From positions 258,427-322,426 of the forward strand of contig WGMN01000001.1 in assembly GCA_016125035.1 (NCBI GenBank): a stretch of 64,000 nucleotides of DNA, given 5' to 3'. Under the pieces are notes generated by a model that searched no databases, was not told the origin of the DNA, and saw nothing but the letters and a program-made list of their open reading frames with translations. Each line of letters starts with the position of its first letter. The stretch's first letter is position 1. The stretch comes from Pseudomonadota bacterium. GTDB lineage: Bacteria > Pseudomonadota > Alphaproteobacteria > UBA2136 > UBA6156. The position numbers were made by a program, and so were the translations under genes. Shown here piece after piece: positions 46,548 to 56,379 of the stretch.

Positions 46548-48359
46548 CTAGGTTGCCAGTGTTTCGGCTGAAAGTTCAAGGATTTTCGTCGAGAGCTCGG
46601 CGGCGTCGGTGATGCCGGACTTGATGTGCTGGGCGCCCATCCGCCCCATTGGCTGCCAACCGGCACGGCGGGCCATGTCTTCCAATTCCGTGTAGTTGCG
46701 TTGCGCGCTTGCCTCAATGATTTCACGCGTGGGCTTGAGCCACTCGGCCACCGCGATGCGGCTGTAGTAACCGGTGAAGTTGCAACTGGCGCAGCCTTCC
46801 GGGTTGGCGACGTGCAGGTCGGCGCCCTCGAACGACACGCCGTAGCGGTCGAAAACATAGCGGGTGTAGTCATCCGGCGTGGGTTGCTTGATGCGGCAGT
46901 GGGTGCACAGGCGGCGCACCAGGCGCTGGGCGGCGATACCGCGCACGTATGACAGCATGAAGCCGTTGATGCCGAGTTCGTCCAGCCGGGAAATGGCGTC
47001 GAGCGAGGTGTTGGTGTGCAAGGTGGTGAACACCAGGTGGCCGGTGTTGGCGGCCTCGAACACCAGGCCGGCCATTTCGGGGTCGCGGACTTCGCCGAAG
47101 ATGATCACGTCTGGGTCGGCACGCAGGGAAGACTTGAGCAGTTGCAGGCCGGTGCGGGCAGGGTCTTCGTTGGAGACTTCCATCTGCACCGCGTAGCCGG
47201 GCACGCGTTTTTCAGGCGGGTCTTCGATGGTGTGCACGGACAGCCCCTTGGCCATGGGATTGACGCTGATGACCGCGGCGTGGATGGACTCGGTTTTACC
47301 CGAGCCGGTGGGACCGGTCCAGAAAATGATGCCGTTGCTGGCCATGGCCGCTTGCTTGATCTTATCGATGAACTCTGGCGTGTAGCCGATGACTTCCAGC
47401 GGCATGACATCCGGTTGCAGGCGGCGCAGCACGATGCGCGGCACCGGGCCCAGGCGGCCCGCGTGAGGCTGGATTTGCACGCGCCAATCGTAACCCGAGC
47501 GGGTGAAGGCGCCCTTGTTGGCGTGGTTGAGGTTGACCTTGGGCATGCGCGCCAGGTTTTCGATACGCACGCGCAGTCTATCCAGTTGCTCGGTGGTGAT
47601 GACCTCCTTGGGGTGCACGAAGCCGTCGATGCGGTACTTGATGATGGCGCGCGGCTCGCCCTTGATGGAGGGATCGATGTGGATGTCTGACGCGCGGGCG
47701 TCGATGGCGTTGGTGACCACGCGGTCGAGCAGGGCCTCGGCTTCCATGCCGGAATCGATGCTCTCGGATTCTCCCGACAGCCAGAAGGCGCCCGCGACCT
47801 CGCGCAGGCAGAAGTGCCAGTGCAGGTTGACCCCGTTGGCGAAAAACTCGCGGAGCTGGGACTCCAGCACCAGGTCGCGGGTGGGGCTATCGTGCGCCAG
47901 GTGGATATCGGTGACTTGCTCCTGCTCGTCTTTTTTGATCGCCAGCGGGATGATGCGCTCGCGCCGCAGCAGGGTTTTGAGGCGCGCGGGAAGATCTTGC
48001 CGCAGAGTGTAGGACTCTGGCGGGATATCGAGGATGGAGAGCAGCTCCCTCGATTTATGCGCGCGGGCGATGGCGCGGGCCAGTTGCAGGCGGGTGATGA
48101 CACGTTGGGTGAGGAGCTCCCGCGTGAGGAGTTGTTTGTTCTCGCCGCTTTTGAGCACCTCTTCCAGGCGCTTTTTGGCGACGTTGTCGATGCCGAGATC
48201 GACCGATGCGTTGAGAACTTTTAGGACGTTTTGATAGAACGCGTCGCGGTTGGTGGCCTCCAGGTTGGGGGGAGAATCTTCGGATACCGGGATGTAATCG
48301 GCGATGCCAACGGGCGCCCCGAGGGGGGCGCCAGCGTAATCTTCGGCTGCGGGTGGCAA
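46548..48359 (-). CDS. GspE/PilB-family secretion ATPase
   Basis: Walker A GPTGSGKT, Asp and His boxes, a tetracysteine motif (CxxC…CxxC) and an N-terminal N1E-like domain. The start is uncertain; a TTG at 48359 is the first start codon after the upstream stop. Confidence 0.85.
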   Translation of the reverse strand: MPPAAEDYAGAPLGAPVGIADYIPVSEDSPPNLEATNRDAFYQNVLKVLNASVDLGIDNVAKKRLEEVLKSGENKQLLTRELLTQRVITRLQLARAIARAHKSRELLSILDIPPESYTLRQDLPARLKTLLRRERIIPLAIKKDEQEQVTDIHLAHDSPTRDLVLESQLREFFANGVNLHWHFCLREVAGAFWLSGESESIDSGMEAEALLDRVVTNAIDARASDIHIDPSIKGEPRAIIKYRIDGFVHPKEVITTEQLDRLRVRIENLARMPKVNLNHANKGAFTRSGYDWRVQIQPHAGRLGPVPRIVLRRLQPDVMPLEVIGYTPEFIDKIKQAAMASNGIIFWTGPTGSGKTESIHAAVISVNPMAKGLSVHTIEDPPEKRVPGYAVQMEVSNEDPARTGLQLLKSSLRADPDVIIFGEVRDPEMAGLVFEAANTGHLVFTTLHTNTSLDAISRLDELGINGFMLSYVRGIAAQRLVRRLCTHCRIKQPTPDDYTRYVFDRYGVSFEGADLHVANPEGCASCNFTGYYSRIAVAEWLKPTREIIEASAQRNYTELEDMARRAGWQPMGRMGAQHIKSGITDAAELSTKILELSAETLAT

Positions 48360-48384
48360 GGGAAGGGCGATAGCCGGACCCCCC

Positions 48385-49047
48385 TTATTGAACCGTGTTG
48401 GCGGCGTAGCACACGTTAACAACGGAAGCTGAGCCAAGCGCGCCAGGAGTGGGAGCCGCCGCACCCGAAGTGGCGGGCAGGCAGTCGCTGCCGGTGGGTT
48501 GGTACACCAGGCGGCCTTGGGTGGGGTCTTCCGTGCCGTCGATGGTGCGGTCGGCCTCTTTGGCCTCGGTGAGCGGCATGCTGGAGAACTGGACGATCAT
48601 ATAAACATTGGTGCCGGTAAGCCCCCAGTTGGACGCGGTGCCGGGCATTTGGGTGACCGTGCCGCCGGTGCCGTAGCCGTGGTTGACGCTACCGCCGCTG
48701 ACCGCAAAACCGGGCAGCAGGTTGCGCAGCTCGGACTCGCGGATGTTGCTTTGCCAGGTGACGCCCGACGGCAGCGCGTTGGCCAGGGCCAGCATGTTGT
48801 TGGCGGCGCTGACCGAAGAGATAGCCTCGTGCGGCCAGACGCGCTGGGCGGAATAGAACTGGCCGTTGGCGTCTTCGATCTGGCGGAATTGCGAGCCCAG
48901 CTTGGTGCCGCTGGTGCGGTTGATGAGTTGCCAGCCGATGGTGACGATGATGAGCGTGATAAGGATGGCGATGATGGCGACGATGAGGATCGTCTGGTCA
49001 ATCGTATAACCCTTGCGGTTAGCCAATAGCTTTTGAAAGCGTTGCAT
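48385..49047 (-). CDS. prepilin-type pilin with atypical cleavage region (RKG|YTIDQT…)
   Basis: A short basic leader and a hydrophobic helix ILIVAIIAILITLIIV. It has Asp at +4 and Gln at +5 instead of Glu at +5. Confidence 0.55.
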   Translation of the reverse strand: MQRFQKLLANRKGYTIDQTILIVAIIAILITLIIVTIGWQLINRTSGTKLGSQFRQIEDANGQFYSAQRVWPHEAISSVSAANNMLALANALPSGVTWQSNIRESELRNLLPGFAVSGGSVNHGYGTGGTVTQMPGTASNWGLTGTNVYMIVQFSSMPLTEAKEADRTIDGTEDPTQGRLVYQPTGSDCLPATSGAAAPTPGALGSASVVNVCYAANTVQ

Positions 49048-49123
49048 GAGAGGAACCTCCATTCCTGTTTGTATCGAAGCTAGCACAAGCCAAAACCGAC
49101 TCCCCCTAAAAACAGCGGGGGCG

Positions 49124-51169
49124 TTAATTCAGCCGTTTGACCTGTAGCAAAACTACAAACTCCACTTCTTCGAAGGAAATGCCCTGCTCGTTGGCCAGTT
49201 TGCCCAGCGCCGGAACCTCGCGCAGCAGGGGAATGCCGGACTCGGTATCCACCGCCACGGTTTTGGTGAGGCCGCCGATAACCTTGATCTCGCCGTCGCG
49301 GATACGCACCTTCTGGTCGATGAGGCGGGTGTTGGCCACAGGTGCCACGCCCGCGGTGGTGCCGCTGACGCCGCCGGGGATATCCACCGTTTTGGCCAGA
49401 GAGGTAATGGGGATTTGCAGCGAGATGGTGTTGGGCTCGGAGGGGTTATCGCTGATTTGCGCCGTGGCCGAGAATTGCAGCCCGATGAACTGGTTGCGCT
49501 CTTGCACGTCGGAAGCGGTGCTGGTGGCCGTGCCGGTGGTGGTGGTGGACTGAATAATAAAATATTTTTCGTTGCGGCCATCGATGAGGGTGGCGCGCTG
49601 ACGGTCCATCAGTTCCATCATCGGGTGCATCAGCTCGTAGGTGGTGCCGTATTGCTCGAGCAGGCCGATGACTGCATCCAGGTTGGGGCCTTCGGCACTG
49701 ATGCCGCCCACGGTGGTGAGGTTGGGCGCGGTATAAGTGGCAAGGTCACGCGAGAGGGCCGAGGTGATGCTGCCGATGAAGCTGCCGCTGAGCGCGGCCC
49801 CGCCCTGCTCGCCGCCCACACGCAGGCGGGCACGCTGGTCGAAGTTGCGGGTGCGGCTGACCGCCAGCACACGCGCTTCCAGCAACAGGCGGCGGCTGGC
49901 GATTTCCTGCACGCGGTTGATGATATCGCTGGCTTCTTCCAGCACCGAGCGGGGGGCACGCATTTGCACCAGGCCCACGGATTTGTTGATGCGCACGTAG
50001 CCGCAGCGGTTGCTGTCGGAGTCATTGTCGGCGCTTGAGGATTGCTGCGCGTTGGGCGTGCTGGCGGGGATGGGCATGAACATGTTGGTGTTGGATGCCG
50101 TGGATGACTTGTCTTTATCCTTGCTGTTGCTGCTGGTGGGCGGCGGCAGCAGCTGGGCGGAGGAAGGCATGCCGACCGTTTGCACGTCTTCGGAGTGTTG
50201 GGTGCAGTTGCTCTTGATGAGTTGGTTGAGGTCATCTTCCAGGTCGACCCAGAGGTTGCGCTGGTAGTGAACCTTGACACTGTTGCTGCCGCCAGCCGCG
50301 GTGCTGCTGCCGTCGGAGCCGCTTGAGCTGCTTGAGGAACCGCTGCTGCTGGAGTTGCCGCTGGAGAAATCGGTGGAATAGTTGACCGAGATATTTTCAT
50401 CCCGTTCGGGTTCGTAGAGGTTGACCGTCCATTGGCGTTGGGGCAGGCCGCCGATGGTGACGTAGTCACCCGCGTTGATGAGGCTGAGGCCGAAGGGGGT
50501 GAGCAAGGCCTCGAAAGCATCGTAACATGTTACATCCTTGAGGTTTGTAGTGATGCGGGCAGACGAAAGTTTGTCTTTGTTCTCGGTGATGACCAGGTTG
50601 TAGTTGCACTGCTCGGCCAGGCCGCGCAGGGCTTGCGAGAGGCTGACGTTGGGGCCGGGGTTGAAGCTGGCCAGGCGCGGCTCGGAGGCAGAGGGCAGCA
50701 CGAGGAGGCGGCGCTCGCCCTCTTTAATGATTTGAATATCAAACACATCTTCGATGTAGCTGCGGGCTTCGTCGAAGGTGAGGTTGTTCATCAAAACTGT
50801 TTTGTGGCGGGAGCGGCGCACGCCGTTGCCCCAGCGCACGGCGACGTTGTAGGTGCCGGCAAGTTTTTGCAGAACAGTTTCAGTGTCATACTGGCCGGAG
50901 AGGGTGAAGGTGGCGTTGGCGGCCATTTGGCGTTGCGAGATGGGTTCGCCCATGCCGAGCACGCTGGCATTGCGTTGATTTTCAGTCTCATAGTCTTTGT
51001 AGGGGTTGGCCGGCGAGTTGCGTTGCACGTAGGAAATGCTGTTGCAGGCGCTGAGTGAAACCAACACGATAGCCAGCAAAGCGGCGGCTACAGAGCGCGG
51101 CAGAACGCTGCCGATGGCGGCAAACGGGCGGCAAAGAGCGGCGGCAAAGCTGCGGAAGGCGGCCATTAT
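49124..51169 (-). CDS. secretin (GspD/PilQ family) lipoprotein
   Basis: Lipobox LSAC, a Ser-rich linker and the C-terminal secretin motif GIPLLREVPALGKL. Confidence 0.85.
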   Translation of the reverse strand: MMAAFRSFAAALCRPFAAIGSVLPRSVAAALLAIVLVSLSACNSISYVQRNSPANPYKDYETENQRNASVLGMGEPISQRQMAANATFTLSGQYDTETVLQKLAGTYNVAVRWGNGVRRSRHKTVLMNNLTFDEARSYIEDVFDIQIIKEGERRLLVLPSASEPRLASFNPGPNVSLSQALRGLAEQCNYNLVITENKDKLSSARITTNLKDVTCYDAFEALLTPFGLSLINAGDYVTIGGLPQRQWTVNLYEPERDENISVNYSTDFSSGNSSSSGSSSSSSGSDGSSTAAGGSNSVKVHYQRNLWVDLEDDLNQLIKSNCTQHSEDVQTVGMPSSAQLLPPPTSSNSKDKDKSSTASNTNMFMPIPASTPNAQQSSSADNDSDSNRCGYVRINKSVGLVQMRAPRSVLEEASDIINRVQEIASRRLLLEARVLAVSRTRNFDQRARLRVGGEQGGAALSGSFIGSITSALSRDLATYTAPNLTTVGGISAEGPNLDAVIGLLEQYGTTYELMHPMMELMDRQRATLIDGRNEKYFIIQSTTTTGTATSTASDVQERNQFIGLQFSATAQISDNPSEPNTISLQIPITSLAKTVDIPGGVSGTTAGVAPVANTRLIDQKVRIRDGEIKVIGGLTKTVAVDTESGIPLLREVPALGKLANEQGISFEEVEFVVLLQVKRLN

Positions 51170-52431
51170 TGGACTCCCCTGAAGCCGAAGCGGTCGGCGC
51201 CGGTGACGACGATGAGTTTGCCGCCGGGGAAAATCTCGTACCGCAGGCCGAAGATTTTGAGAATACGCTCGATGGCGGTGCCGAACGGCTCTTCCACGTG
51301 GGCGGGTTTGAGCACCTGGTCGGTACCGGCGTACATGCGCAGGCGCCACTGGCCTTTGCCGGCCTGGTTGACGATGTTCTCCAGCGCGTCGACCAGGGGG
51401 ATCTCGTCGTAGTGGATGCTGATCATGCTGTCCTTCAGCACCGATTCGGTGACCGCGACGTCGGCGCCGCCGGGGGCCTTGCCGCCGATGCCGACAGAAG
51501 CCGAAGAGGAATCGCCGCCGACGCGGTCGGTGATGACCAGGCGTTGGGTGTTCTCATACTTAATGACGCGCAAGGGCTGGCCGGAGCGGGTTTGCAGGCG
51601 GGCAAGCAGCGCGTTGAGCACTTTGACGAAGGGCTCTTCCGCGTAAATGCTGATCTCCATATCCGGCAGGCCGGCGTTGGATTCGTCCAAGTCCCACACC
51701 ACGGCCCAGGTGCCGGCGCCGAGTTGGTCCATCATGCGTTGCAGGGCGCGGCGCACGGAGATGCGCTCTTCCTTAAGGCGCACGATGCCGTGCTGGAAAT
51801 CCACCCCGCTGGCGGCGCTGGCGGTGGGCGTCGCGCCAATGGCCAGCTCTTGCCCGCCATCGGTGATGGGCATTGGCTGGGCAGCCATGGGTTGTTGCGC
51901 AGGCGCGGCCGGACGGCCGGCCGCGGCGGGCGCGCCGCCGGTGGCCAGCGAGGGGTAGTCCTCGAGCGAGCGGGGAGACTTGGTGTTTTGCGCCATTTGC
52001 ATGCCGTCGATATCGTCGCCGGAGGAGCCGCCGCCGGCGAGCAGGCCAGGGTCTTGCCCGATGCGGGCGATCTCGCTCTGGGTATCTGGCACGCCGTTGG
52101 CCATGGTGTTGAGCGCTTGCTCGTACTGCTGGCCGCCGGGGTTCTTTTGCGCGTAGAGGGGGCGGTATTGGTCGCCGGAGGAGGATTTCCAGTCGGCGAG
52201 TTCGCCTTCCGTCTTGGCGCGAAGCTCGGTGTGTGCGGGCACGTAGACGCCGCGGGTGTCATCCACATAGGGCTGCACCGGCGTTTCGGTGACCGGGGCC
52301 ACGTAGCCGGGAACCACAGGGGGAGGAGAGGCCAGCGCCGCCTGAGCGCCAAGCAGCGCAAGACCAAGGGCGCCGCCCAAAGCAGTGCGGCTGAGCGGAG
52401 ACGGGGGGAACCTTAAAAAGGATTTCGGCAT
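51166..52431 (-). CDS. periplasmic secretin-partner protein with STN-like / paralogue C domain
   Basis: Signal peptide and a Q/A/P-rich region. The C-terminal ~70 aa resemble the C-domains of the two coiled-coil lipoproteins (WRL…LIVVTG). Confidence 0.5.
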   Translation of the reverse strand: MPKSFLRFPPSPLSRTALGGALGLALLGAQAALASPPPVVPGYVAPVTETPVQPYVDDTRGVYVPAHTELRAKTEGELADWKSSSGDQYRPLYAQKNPGGQQYEQALNTMANGVPDTQSEIARIGQDPGLLAGGGSSGDDIDGMQMAQNTKSPRSLEDYPSLATGGAPAAAGRPAAPAQQPMAAQPMPITDGGQELAIGATPTASAASGVDFQHGIVRLKEERISVRRALQRMMDQLGAGTWAVVWDLDESNAGLPDMEISIYAEEPFVKVLNALLARLQTRSGQPLRVIKYENTQRLVITDRVGGDSSSASVGIGGKAPGGADVAVTESVLKDSMISIHYDEIPLVDALENIVNQAGKGQWRLRMYAGTDQVLKPAHVEEPFGTAIERILKIFGLRYEIFPGGKLIVVTGADRFGFRGVQ

Positions 52432-52585
52432 GGACAGCGTGCTTGACTCTTGTTGGTTGTTTGTGACGCTATCATGTTCAATTGAACCAAAGGAGTAGCC
52501 CCCGCTCATCAAATGATGGGGGTGTGACCAAAACACCATGAAAGTGCTTACGTGTTAAGCAGTTCATGACAAAAACGGAGAGCTG

Positions 52586-53968
52586 ATGGACCCACGTTAC
52601 CGCTTTACCATCGTAGTAAGTTTTTTGCTGATGGGCTGGTGGGCCTATGTGGTGCTGACCACCTTTTTGTTTGGCGAGCGCGGGTTGAACGTGCAGCGCT
52701 ACGGTGAGGGCGTGCTGTGGGTGGGACTGGCCGCGCTGGCCGGATTTACGCTTATTGCCGCCGCCGCCAAGCTGGTGGCCTGGCAGCGCAAGCGCCAGAG
52801 CACAGGATTTGAAGCCGCGCCCGAGGATGAATTTGGCACCGCCTTTGAAATGAGCGACAGCGCCGGCAACAGCAGCCCGTTTAAGATCGCCCTCTCTAAA
52901 TTTTTGCCCCAGCTAGTGGCGCCGCCCGTATGGCCAGGACTGACCGCGCTGGAAACCGAGTTGCTGGGATTTTTGAACGGCTACCGCCAGTGGCCGCTGG
53001 ACATTGCCAACCCGGAGACCAGCTTGTACGAGCAAGCAGTGGCGCGCTGGCAGGTGATGCGCCACCTGCCCGGCGCAGGGCCGTGGCACCGCGTGGTGGC
53101 GCTGGCCAAGGACCTGGCGCTGGTTTACGCCTACCAGGAAGTGCGCACCACCTACCCGCTGCATGAGTTTTGGAAACGTGACCGCATAAAATTTGTGCAG
53201 CGCAGCCGCCCGCATGGAGGCATGACCGCGTTTGTGCTCTCTACCATGCCGGCCTTCCGCGCGCTGGCGGGCAACGCCGAGGGCCAGGCGATGCAGCGCA
53301 GCCTGCTGACCGCGTTGCGCTACCACGAAAACCCGACCTTGTTGCCGGTGAATGCCGGCAGTTTTGCCCGTGAGCTGGTGGACTACCTGTGGCGCGCAGA
53401 TGCCCAGTTGCGCCAGCTGGACGTGGAAAAGCTGGATGAGCTGACGCCTGCCCGCGCCGAAGAGCTGAAAGGCGCCGTGACCGGCCACTGGCTGGGTGTG
53501 CTGGCTGAATTGCGGCTGCAGGAAACCCCCAGCGACGCCATGCAGGCATTGAAGCAGGCCGACGGCGCGGTATGGGTGAAGTTGCAAGCCCTGCTGGAGC
53601 ACGTGGCGCCGATGCTGAGCCCTGACATGCGCCAGCTGTTGGGGCTGTGGGACACCCAGGGCGGCATGCACCACCCGGCGTGGGCGCACCTGGCGAACAT
53701 TTTGCTGGACGCGGGGCTTATTGCCAACAGCCACGACGGCGTGGGCGCGGTGAACGGCTGCTTTATTTTACGCGCGGGCGAGCTGACCTGGGGACCGGCG
53801 GTGAAGATTGTGACCGACCCCGCCAAACACCAGCCGGTGCTGAAGGTTTGGGACGGCCTGGTGGGCTACAAGGGGCCGGTGGATATTGCCCTGGACCTGG
53901 GCCAGTTGACCGCCATGGCCACCACCCGGGCACGCGAGCTGGAAGTGAAAATGGGCGAGCTGTTTTAG
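52586..53968 (+). CDS. hypothetical membrane-anchored protein (460 aa)
   Basis: Two N-terminal TM helices and a large soluble domain. It is the only plus-strand gene between the two minus-strand operons. Confidence 0.5.
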   Translation: MDPRYRFTIVVSFLLMGWWAYVVLTTFLFGERGLNVQRYGEGVLWVGLAALAGFTLIAAAAKLVAWQRKRQSTGFEAAPEDEFGTAFEMSDSAGNSSPFKIALSKFLPQLVAPPVWPGLTALETELLGFLNGYRQWPLDIANPETSLYEQAVARWQVMRHLPGAGPWHRVVALAKDLALVYAYQEVRTTYPLHEFWKRDRIKFVQRSRPHGGMTAFVLSTMPAFRALAGNAEGQAMQRSLLTALRYHENPTLLPVNAGSFARELVDYLWRADAQLRQLDVEKLDELTPARAEELKGAVTGHWLGVLAELRLQETPSDAMQALKQADGAVWVKLQALLEHVAPMLSPDMRQLLGLWDTQGGMHHPAWAHLANILLDAGLIANSHDGVGAVNGCFILRAGELTWGPAVKIVTDPAKHQPVLKVWDGLVGYKGPVDIALDLGQLTAMATTRARELEVKMGELF

Positions 53969-53978
53969 CTGCGCGCGC

Positions 53979-54008
53979 AAAAAAGCCCGCCGGGGGGCGG
54001 GCTTTTTT
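53979..54008. terminator. bidirectional rho-independent terminator
   Basis: AAAAAA-GCCCGCC-gggg-GGCGGGC-TTTTTT, placed between convergent genes. Confidence 0.7.
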
Positions 54009-54022
54009 GCGGCGGGGGTTAG

Positions 54023-54391
54023 TTAGTAGTGGATGCCGCCGGTGTCTGGCGCCGGGGCGTCGGTATCGCCCGGCACGGGGGCGGTGGTGGTGACCGCCGC
54101 CGTGCCGCCGCCGATGGTGGTGACTTGCTCGTGCTGGGAGAACAGCACGCTGAAGAAGTAGTAGCAGCCGCTCATTAAGTAGCGTTGGACGTAGAGGGTC
54201 CAGGTGGGTTGGTTGCCGACCAGGGCAAAGGCCGCCTGGTGCAGGAATTGGGTGGAGAGCTCGATCGGTTTGCAGGATTGCTCGAGCTTGGACTCGCCCT
54301 TGGCGGCGAGGATCATGCCGATCCAGACGCACACGCCGATGAGGGCGAGGAAGATAAACACGGTCTGGCCGAATTCAAAGGGTTTGGACAT
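54023..54391 (-). CDS. small membrane protein (122 aa), hypothetical
   Basis: Two hydrophobic helices. Confidence 0.4.
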   Translation of the reverse strand: MSKPFEFGQTVFIFLALIGVCVWIGMILAAKGESKLEQSCKPIELSTQFLHQAAFALVGNQPTWTLYVQRYLMSGCYYFFSVLFSQHEQVTTIGGGTAAVTTTAPVPGDTDAPAPDTGGIHY

Positions 54392-54533
54392 GGGGGCGTC
54401 TCCTGCTTGATGACTGGGCGTGATGCATGGAGGTGACCATACTCAACGTATACGGCTTTGGCCAGTGGTTAGCCCCTGCCCGCACCACCCTGCGTGGCAG
54501 GGCGGTGACGGTAAGGTTGAGACAGCGCGCGGC

Positions 54534-55172
54534 CTAGAGGGCGTCGACGTCCGGCAGCGAGGCCTTGGCCTTGGTGGCGCGCTTGGGTTTGGCGGCGCCT
54601 TCCTCGGGCATGGTGGCGGGGGCAGCGTCTGGCTGGTCATCCACCGGGGCGGGAGAGGCCTCGGCACGCGGTTGCTGTGGCGCCTGCTGCGACGGGCCCT
54701 TGCGCACCTTATCGGCGATGCCGTAGCGCTGCGCCACGCGCGAGATGAAGTTGGTGCCGGAGAGATCGAGCTTATGGCGCTGGCCTGCCGACTTTAATTT
54801 GGAGACCATGAAGTCGAGGCAGTCTTCGAAGTCCTTGCGGGTTTGCTCGAACTCATTGCGGCTGGTTTTGGCGACGTAGCCGCGGGTTTGCCTATCTGCC
54901 TGCACCAGGATGTACTCCCACAGGCGGGCGAAGTTGACCATGTCGGTGCCTTCCGGCGTGGTGCGGATGAAGGTTTCCGCAAAGTTGCCGTGGCGGGCGA
55001 GCTGGACCATCTGGTTAAGCAGGCGTGCGCGGAACTGCGCGTTGCCCTTGGCCAGGTGCTTGTTGAGCACCGCGCCGAGCGCGGCTTCCAGCGTGTTGTC
55101 TCCGCCGTGGCCGCCTTGGCCGGCAGGGCCTTGCGGCGCGGAGGGAGGAATGGATTGGGGGGTATCGGGCAT
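54534..55172 (-). CDS. hypothetical protein with Pro-rich N-terminus and Lys/Ala-rich C-terminus
   Basis: The start is placed at the internal Met (MPDTPQS). Confidence 0.4.
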   Translation of the reverse strand: MPDTPQSIPPSAPQGPAGQGGHGGDNTLEAALGAVLNKHLAKGNAQFRARLLNQMVQLARHGNFAETFIRTTPEGTDMVNFARLWEYILVQADRQTRGYVAKTSRNEFEQTRKDFEDCLDFMVSKLKSAGQRHKLDLSGTNFISRVAQRYGIADKVRKGPSQQAPQQPRAEASPAPVDDQPDAAPATMPEEGAAKPKRATKAKASLPDVDAL

Positions 55173-55366
55173 GAGAGGTGCTCCTTTATTATCAGCACGG
55201 TTGCCGCCGGTTTGAGGGGGCGGCACAGGTGTTCTTTCCACCGCGCACAGGAATTGGGCACGGCGTTTTTTTAATGTAGGCCCGCTGCAAGCCTGGGGCA
55301 AGTCTTTGCTTGTTTTATGAGCATGTTCAACACCTTGTTGTAAGGTGGCGGGGCGTGCACGTTAGG

Positions 55367-56314
55367 CTAGTGGGTGGCGAGGATCTCGATGGTGTCACCG
55401 CCCATTTGCGGCGACGGCAGGGCGGCGATGGGCACGGTATCGAGGCTGGAGACCTTGGCCAGGTAGCGGCTGATGGCCTTGACCCTTTCCCTGAACTTGG
55501 TGCCGTTGGGGTTGGGCCCGCGGGCGAACAGCGTGACGTTGGTGTTGTTGCGCAGCGCCTCCACTACGTCGCGGCTGGCGGGGAGATCATCACGCGAGGG
55601 CCAGATGTCGTCGCCCGCGCCGTAGCGGATGGTCCACACCGCCACGTTGCTGGCGGCGGCCGGGCGGGCGCCGGTGCTGGGGGTGGGAGAATCGGCAAGA
55701 GAGGCAAGTTGCTGCGGCGCGGCCTGGAGTGGCGAGGTGATGGTGGCGGGCTCATCATTACCCACCGGGCGGAAACCGCTTTGGTAGCCCGCGGGCGAAG
55801 AGGCCGGCATGTAGCTCTCGGCCGGAGGGGCGCCGGCGGGACCGATGCCCAGGGACTGCATGGCCGAGCGTTCTTCCATGGAACCGGGCACGGAGCCCCC
55901 GGTGGAAGCAGGTTGGTAAGTGCTTACCCGGGAGGTGTCGTCGCCGGCGTCGCCCATGCGGTGGAGCTCGTTGCGTTCCACCAGCTGCATGCGGCGGTCG
56001 AGCCGGAGCATGGCCTTTTCCACCCGGTCGAGGCGCTCTTGCGTATCGCTCATCGATTTTTGCAGCTGCTGCTCAATATAAGAAGGATAACCGGCGGGGA
56101 CCATGTAGCCCTGCATGCCGGCCTGGGGAGACATTTGCGGGGCCGCCTGCATGGCGGGGGCGGCGTAGGCGGGTTGGGTGGCCTCGGCGGCGGCGTAAGG
56201 TTGGGCGGCGGGCTGCTGGCCGGCCATCATGGCGCCGGCACAGCCAACCTGAAACATTGCGGCAACAGATGCTAACGCGGTAGCCGCTGTTGTTTTCATG
56301 GTTGTGTGGCGCAT
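55367..56314 (-). CDS. Q/A/M-rich coiled-coil lipoprotein
   Basis: Lipobox VGCAG. Confidence 0.5.
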   Translation of the reverse strand: MRHTTMKTTAATALASVAAMFQVGCAGAMMAGQQPAAQPYAAAEATQPAYAAPAMQAAPQMSPQAGMQGYMVPAGYPSYIEQQLQKSMSDTQERLDRVEKAMLRLDRRMQLVERNELHRMGDAGDDTSRVSTYQPASTGGSVPGSMEERSAMQSLGIGPAGAPPAESYMPASSPAGYQSGFRPVGNDEPATITSPLQAAPQQLASLADSPTPSTGARPAAASNVAVWTIRYGAGDDIWPSRDDLPASRDVVEALRNNTNVTLFARGPNPNGTKFRERVKAISRYLAKVSSLDTVPIAALPSPQMGGDTIEILATH

Positions 56315-56379
56315 GGCACCCCCCTTTGTTCTTACCCTTAACTGACCTTAAGGATACGCACAGGCGCGCGTGGAGGCAA

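Noticed and set aside
46548-48464. ATG at 48464 as the GspE start
   Set aside because: It would overlap the upstream pilin gene by 80 nt. A start downstream of the pilin stop (TTG near 48359) is more plausible, though unverified.
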